A stretch of 63,816 bases of DNA, filler included, from Octopus bimaculoides (Eukaryota): the NCBI RefSeq assembly GCF_001194135.2. It is 6 parts of 6 records of this genome, joined end to end, with 100 filler letters (N's around TTAATTAATTAA, not from the genome) between each part and the next. Parts side by side here need not be neighbours in the genome. Positions count along the whole stretch, not along the records: positions 61,816 to 63,816 come from NC_068981.1; 5 more parts are not named here. One strand, 5' to 3'. Each line of letters starts with the position of its first letter. The stretch's first letter is position 1. Below the pieces are notes generated by a model, which made no database searches, was not told where the DNA came from, and was given only the letters and a program-made list of their open reading frames with translations. A program made the position numbers and the translations under genes. This document shows positions 62,000 to 63,816 of the stretch, piece by piece.

Positions 62000-62936
62000 A
62001 AGTAGTAGTACTAATATTTGATATGAGTTCTTGGCTTTGATTGTTTAAGCAGCAATAGTGGCTGAGAAACCAAAAAAGAAAATGGGTCGAATTCCGATCA
62101 AAAGGGATCGTGGAAAAAAAGTGGGGGGGGACGATCAATAGAGTTGGTGTATCACAGAAATGTCAATGTAACAAGAAAAACAGATTAGGTTTATCCGTGG
62201 AAAGAAAATACTACGAAAAAGACCACAGGAACCTTGGGCAATAGTGTCATGCAAAAAAGCACATTACAGTAAGTGGCTCTCTTTTTTCGGTTCTTTCTTT
62301 TTTTTTGGGGGGGGGGTCATAGGATTATACTCAAGCTGGGCTCCGTCAATCACACGTTCCATCCTTGCTACATTCACCCATTTTTTTTTTTTTTGAAAGA
62401 ATCACATAGATAAAACTTCCCTCTCTACTCTCACCTTCCTCTTCAAGTGATACTTGAAGAAGTTGAGAGATTGACCAGAGAGGAAAGTGTTTGTCTCTAG
62501 TCCTTTCAGACGTGTCTGTCATACGCATTCTTTCGCCTTGGCCACAAGTACGATGAAAATGGCTCTTCCTTCGCGTTTCAAGGAAGGAGGTGCGACAATA
62601 TTCACGATAGACTCAGTTGATAAACTGACTCGTCCCACACGCGACAGCAGTCGATCGACATAGGCCCGCAGGTCGTAAAAGGTTGGATACTGTACGAGTG
62701 CGTGCAGGACGGTTTCGTTGCTCTGACCGCATCTCGGACAAGTCGGCCCCGTGTTTCTCGAGCCATGTCTGTAGAGCTTATCCTGAACGAGTAGCGCTTC
62801 TCGATAGCACTGCCAGGCCAGGGATCTCTGGAAGTTGTCCATAGGTCCCGGCCCGAAAGTCGTCTTGAACAGGCGGGTCAGGTATTCCTCGTCGACGCCC
62901 AAGTTCGCCCCAAGATCGTCGTCGTACCTCCCCTCC
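62000..62936 (-). mobile_element. 3' end of a Tx1/L1-like LINE ORF2 (zf-RVT-like) and 3' UTR
   Basis: GC-rich; AWQCYREALLVQDKLYRHG...CPRCGQSNETVLHALVQ resembles the L1/Tx1 C-terminal CxxC...H-C finger. The frame continues past an internal stop to about 62310. Confidence 0.7.
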
Positions 62937-62949
62937 AGATAGATAGATG

Positions 62950-63004
<55 letters not shown>
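62937..63004. repeat. (AGAT)n microsatellite
   Basis: Directly visible. Confidence 0.95.
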
Positions 63005-63005
<1 letters not shown>

Positions 63006-63399
63006 TACTCTAATTATATAAACTTACAAAACACTGGCTGAAATCTGTTGATCTCCACAATTCGAGTTTATTTTCAAAATCATATAAACTAGCTGTACGA
63101 AGCTGCATTTCATTTTTTTCTTAATTACCATGGTCATGATTAATGACCGTTTTTTTTTTTTATTCCATTTACAAAATTCGATTTGCTTGTTACTGTATTT
63201 TCTTCATTTCCGTATTTGTTGACACACTCACACGCACACATACACGCATACACACACACGCATACATAGACACACAGATGCACACACATATACACACACA
63301 CACACATCTATAGACACTGTATGAAGCAACAAAAATATTTTTGGTCGAGTGACAGCTTGGATATCCCAACAGGAAACACTTATTAGAGGTGACAGCAGC

Positions 63400-63442
63400 A
63401 ATAGCGGCAACAGCAACAGCAGCAGTAACACCAAAATTTATT

Positions 63443-63497
<55 letters not shown>

Positions 63498-63535
63498 CAG
63501 CAGTGGTAGTGGTTGTGGGGGTGGGGGTGGGGGTG
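63400..63535. repeat. (CAG/CAA)n, (AGT)n and G-rich low-complexity tract
   Basis: Directly visible. Confidence 0.9.
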
Positions 63536-63816
63536 ACCTCGTGTTGATATTGCTGAGGATTGTGGTAATAGTGACAGCTATGGCGGCCGTGTCTCAGTTG
63601 TTTAGTATGGGTGGTGGGTGTAGTGAACAGAAGGAAAAGGAAACGTCCGAAAGGTTTTCCTTGAATGAAGCTTATAGAGTATCCAGTTTCCAAATGAGCG
63701 GATTATTGTGGTGTTGTTTCTGTATAAACTTTTCAGGATTTCGATCCTGACTGACGTATCATTCAAATCCTGTTGACATTTCTGTCATCATCATCATCAT
63801 CATAATTACCCCTACC

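Noticed and set aside
63517-63533. (GGGGGT)3 possible G-quadruplex
   Set aside because: Only three long G-tracts inside a low-complexity repeat; no functional context.

Overview
Eukaryotic, strongly AT-rich, gap-riddled scaffold. The SINE families, microsatellite load and 100-bp N/TTAATTAATTAA gap spacers are most consistent with an octopus (coleoid cephalopod) draft assembly; this is inferred from recall, not searched. Only one intact protein-coding gene is supportable: an intronless, unclustered, divergent linker histone (H1/H5 family, 310 aa, 8531-9463 +) with a Lys/Ser-rich, Ala-poor tail and no histone stem-loop. Most of the rest is microsatellites, at least three tRNA-derived SINE families with shuffled modules, and dead retroelements: a Penelope-like RT fragment (about 3.2-4.3 kb), an array of R4/Dong-clade LINE fragments (about 57.9-61.7 kb) and a Tx1/L1-like 3' end (about 62-62.9 kb). 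The most unexpected signal is two type I hammerhead-ribozyme folds on the + strand, about 0.9 kb apart (21790-21888 and 22637-22716). The second sits inside a 357-bp direct-repeat unit, a retrozyme- or Penelope-pLTR-like layout. Long fold-back hairpins occur at 27835-27989 (72-bp arms) and 2178-2249 (33-bp arms). Nearly all other ORFs in the supplied track are microsatellite or N-gap artefacts. All alignments, folds and counts were done by eye, and repeat boundaries are approximate.
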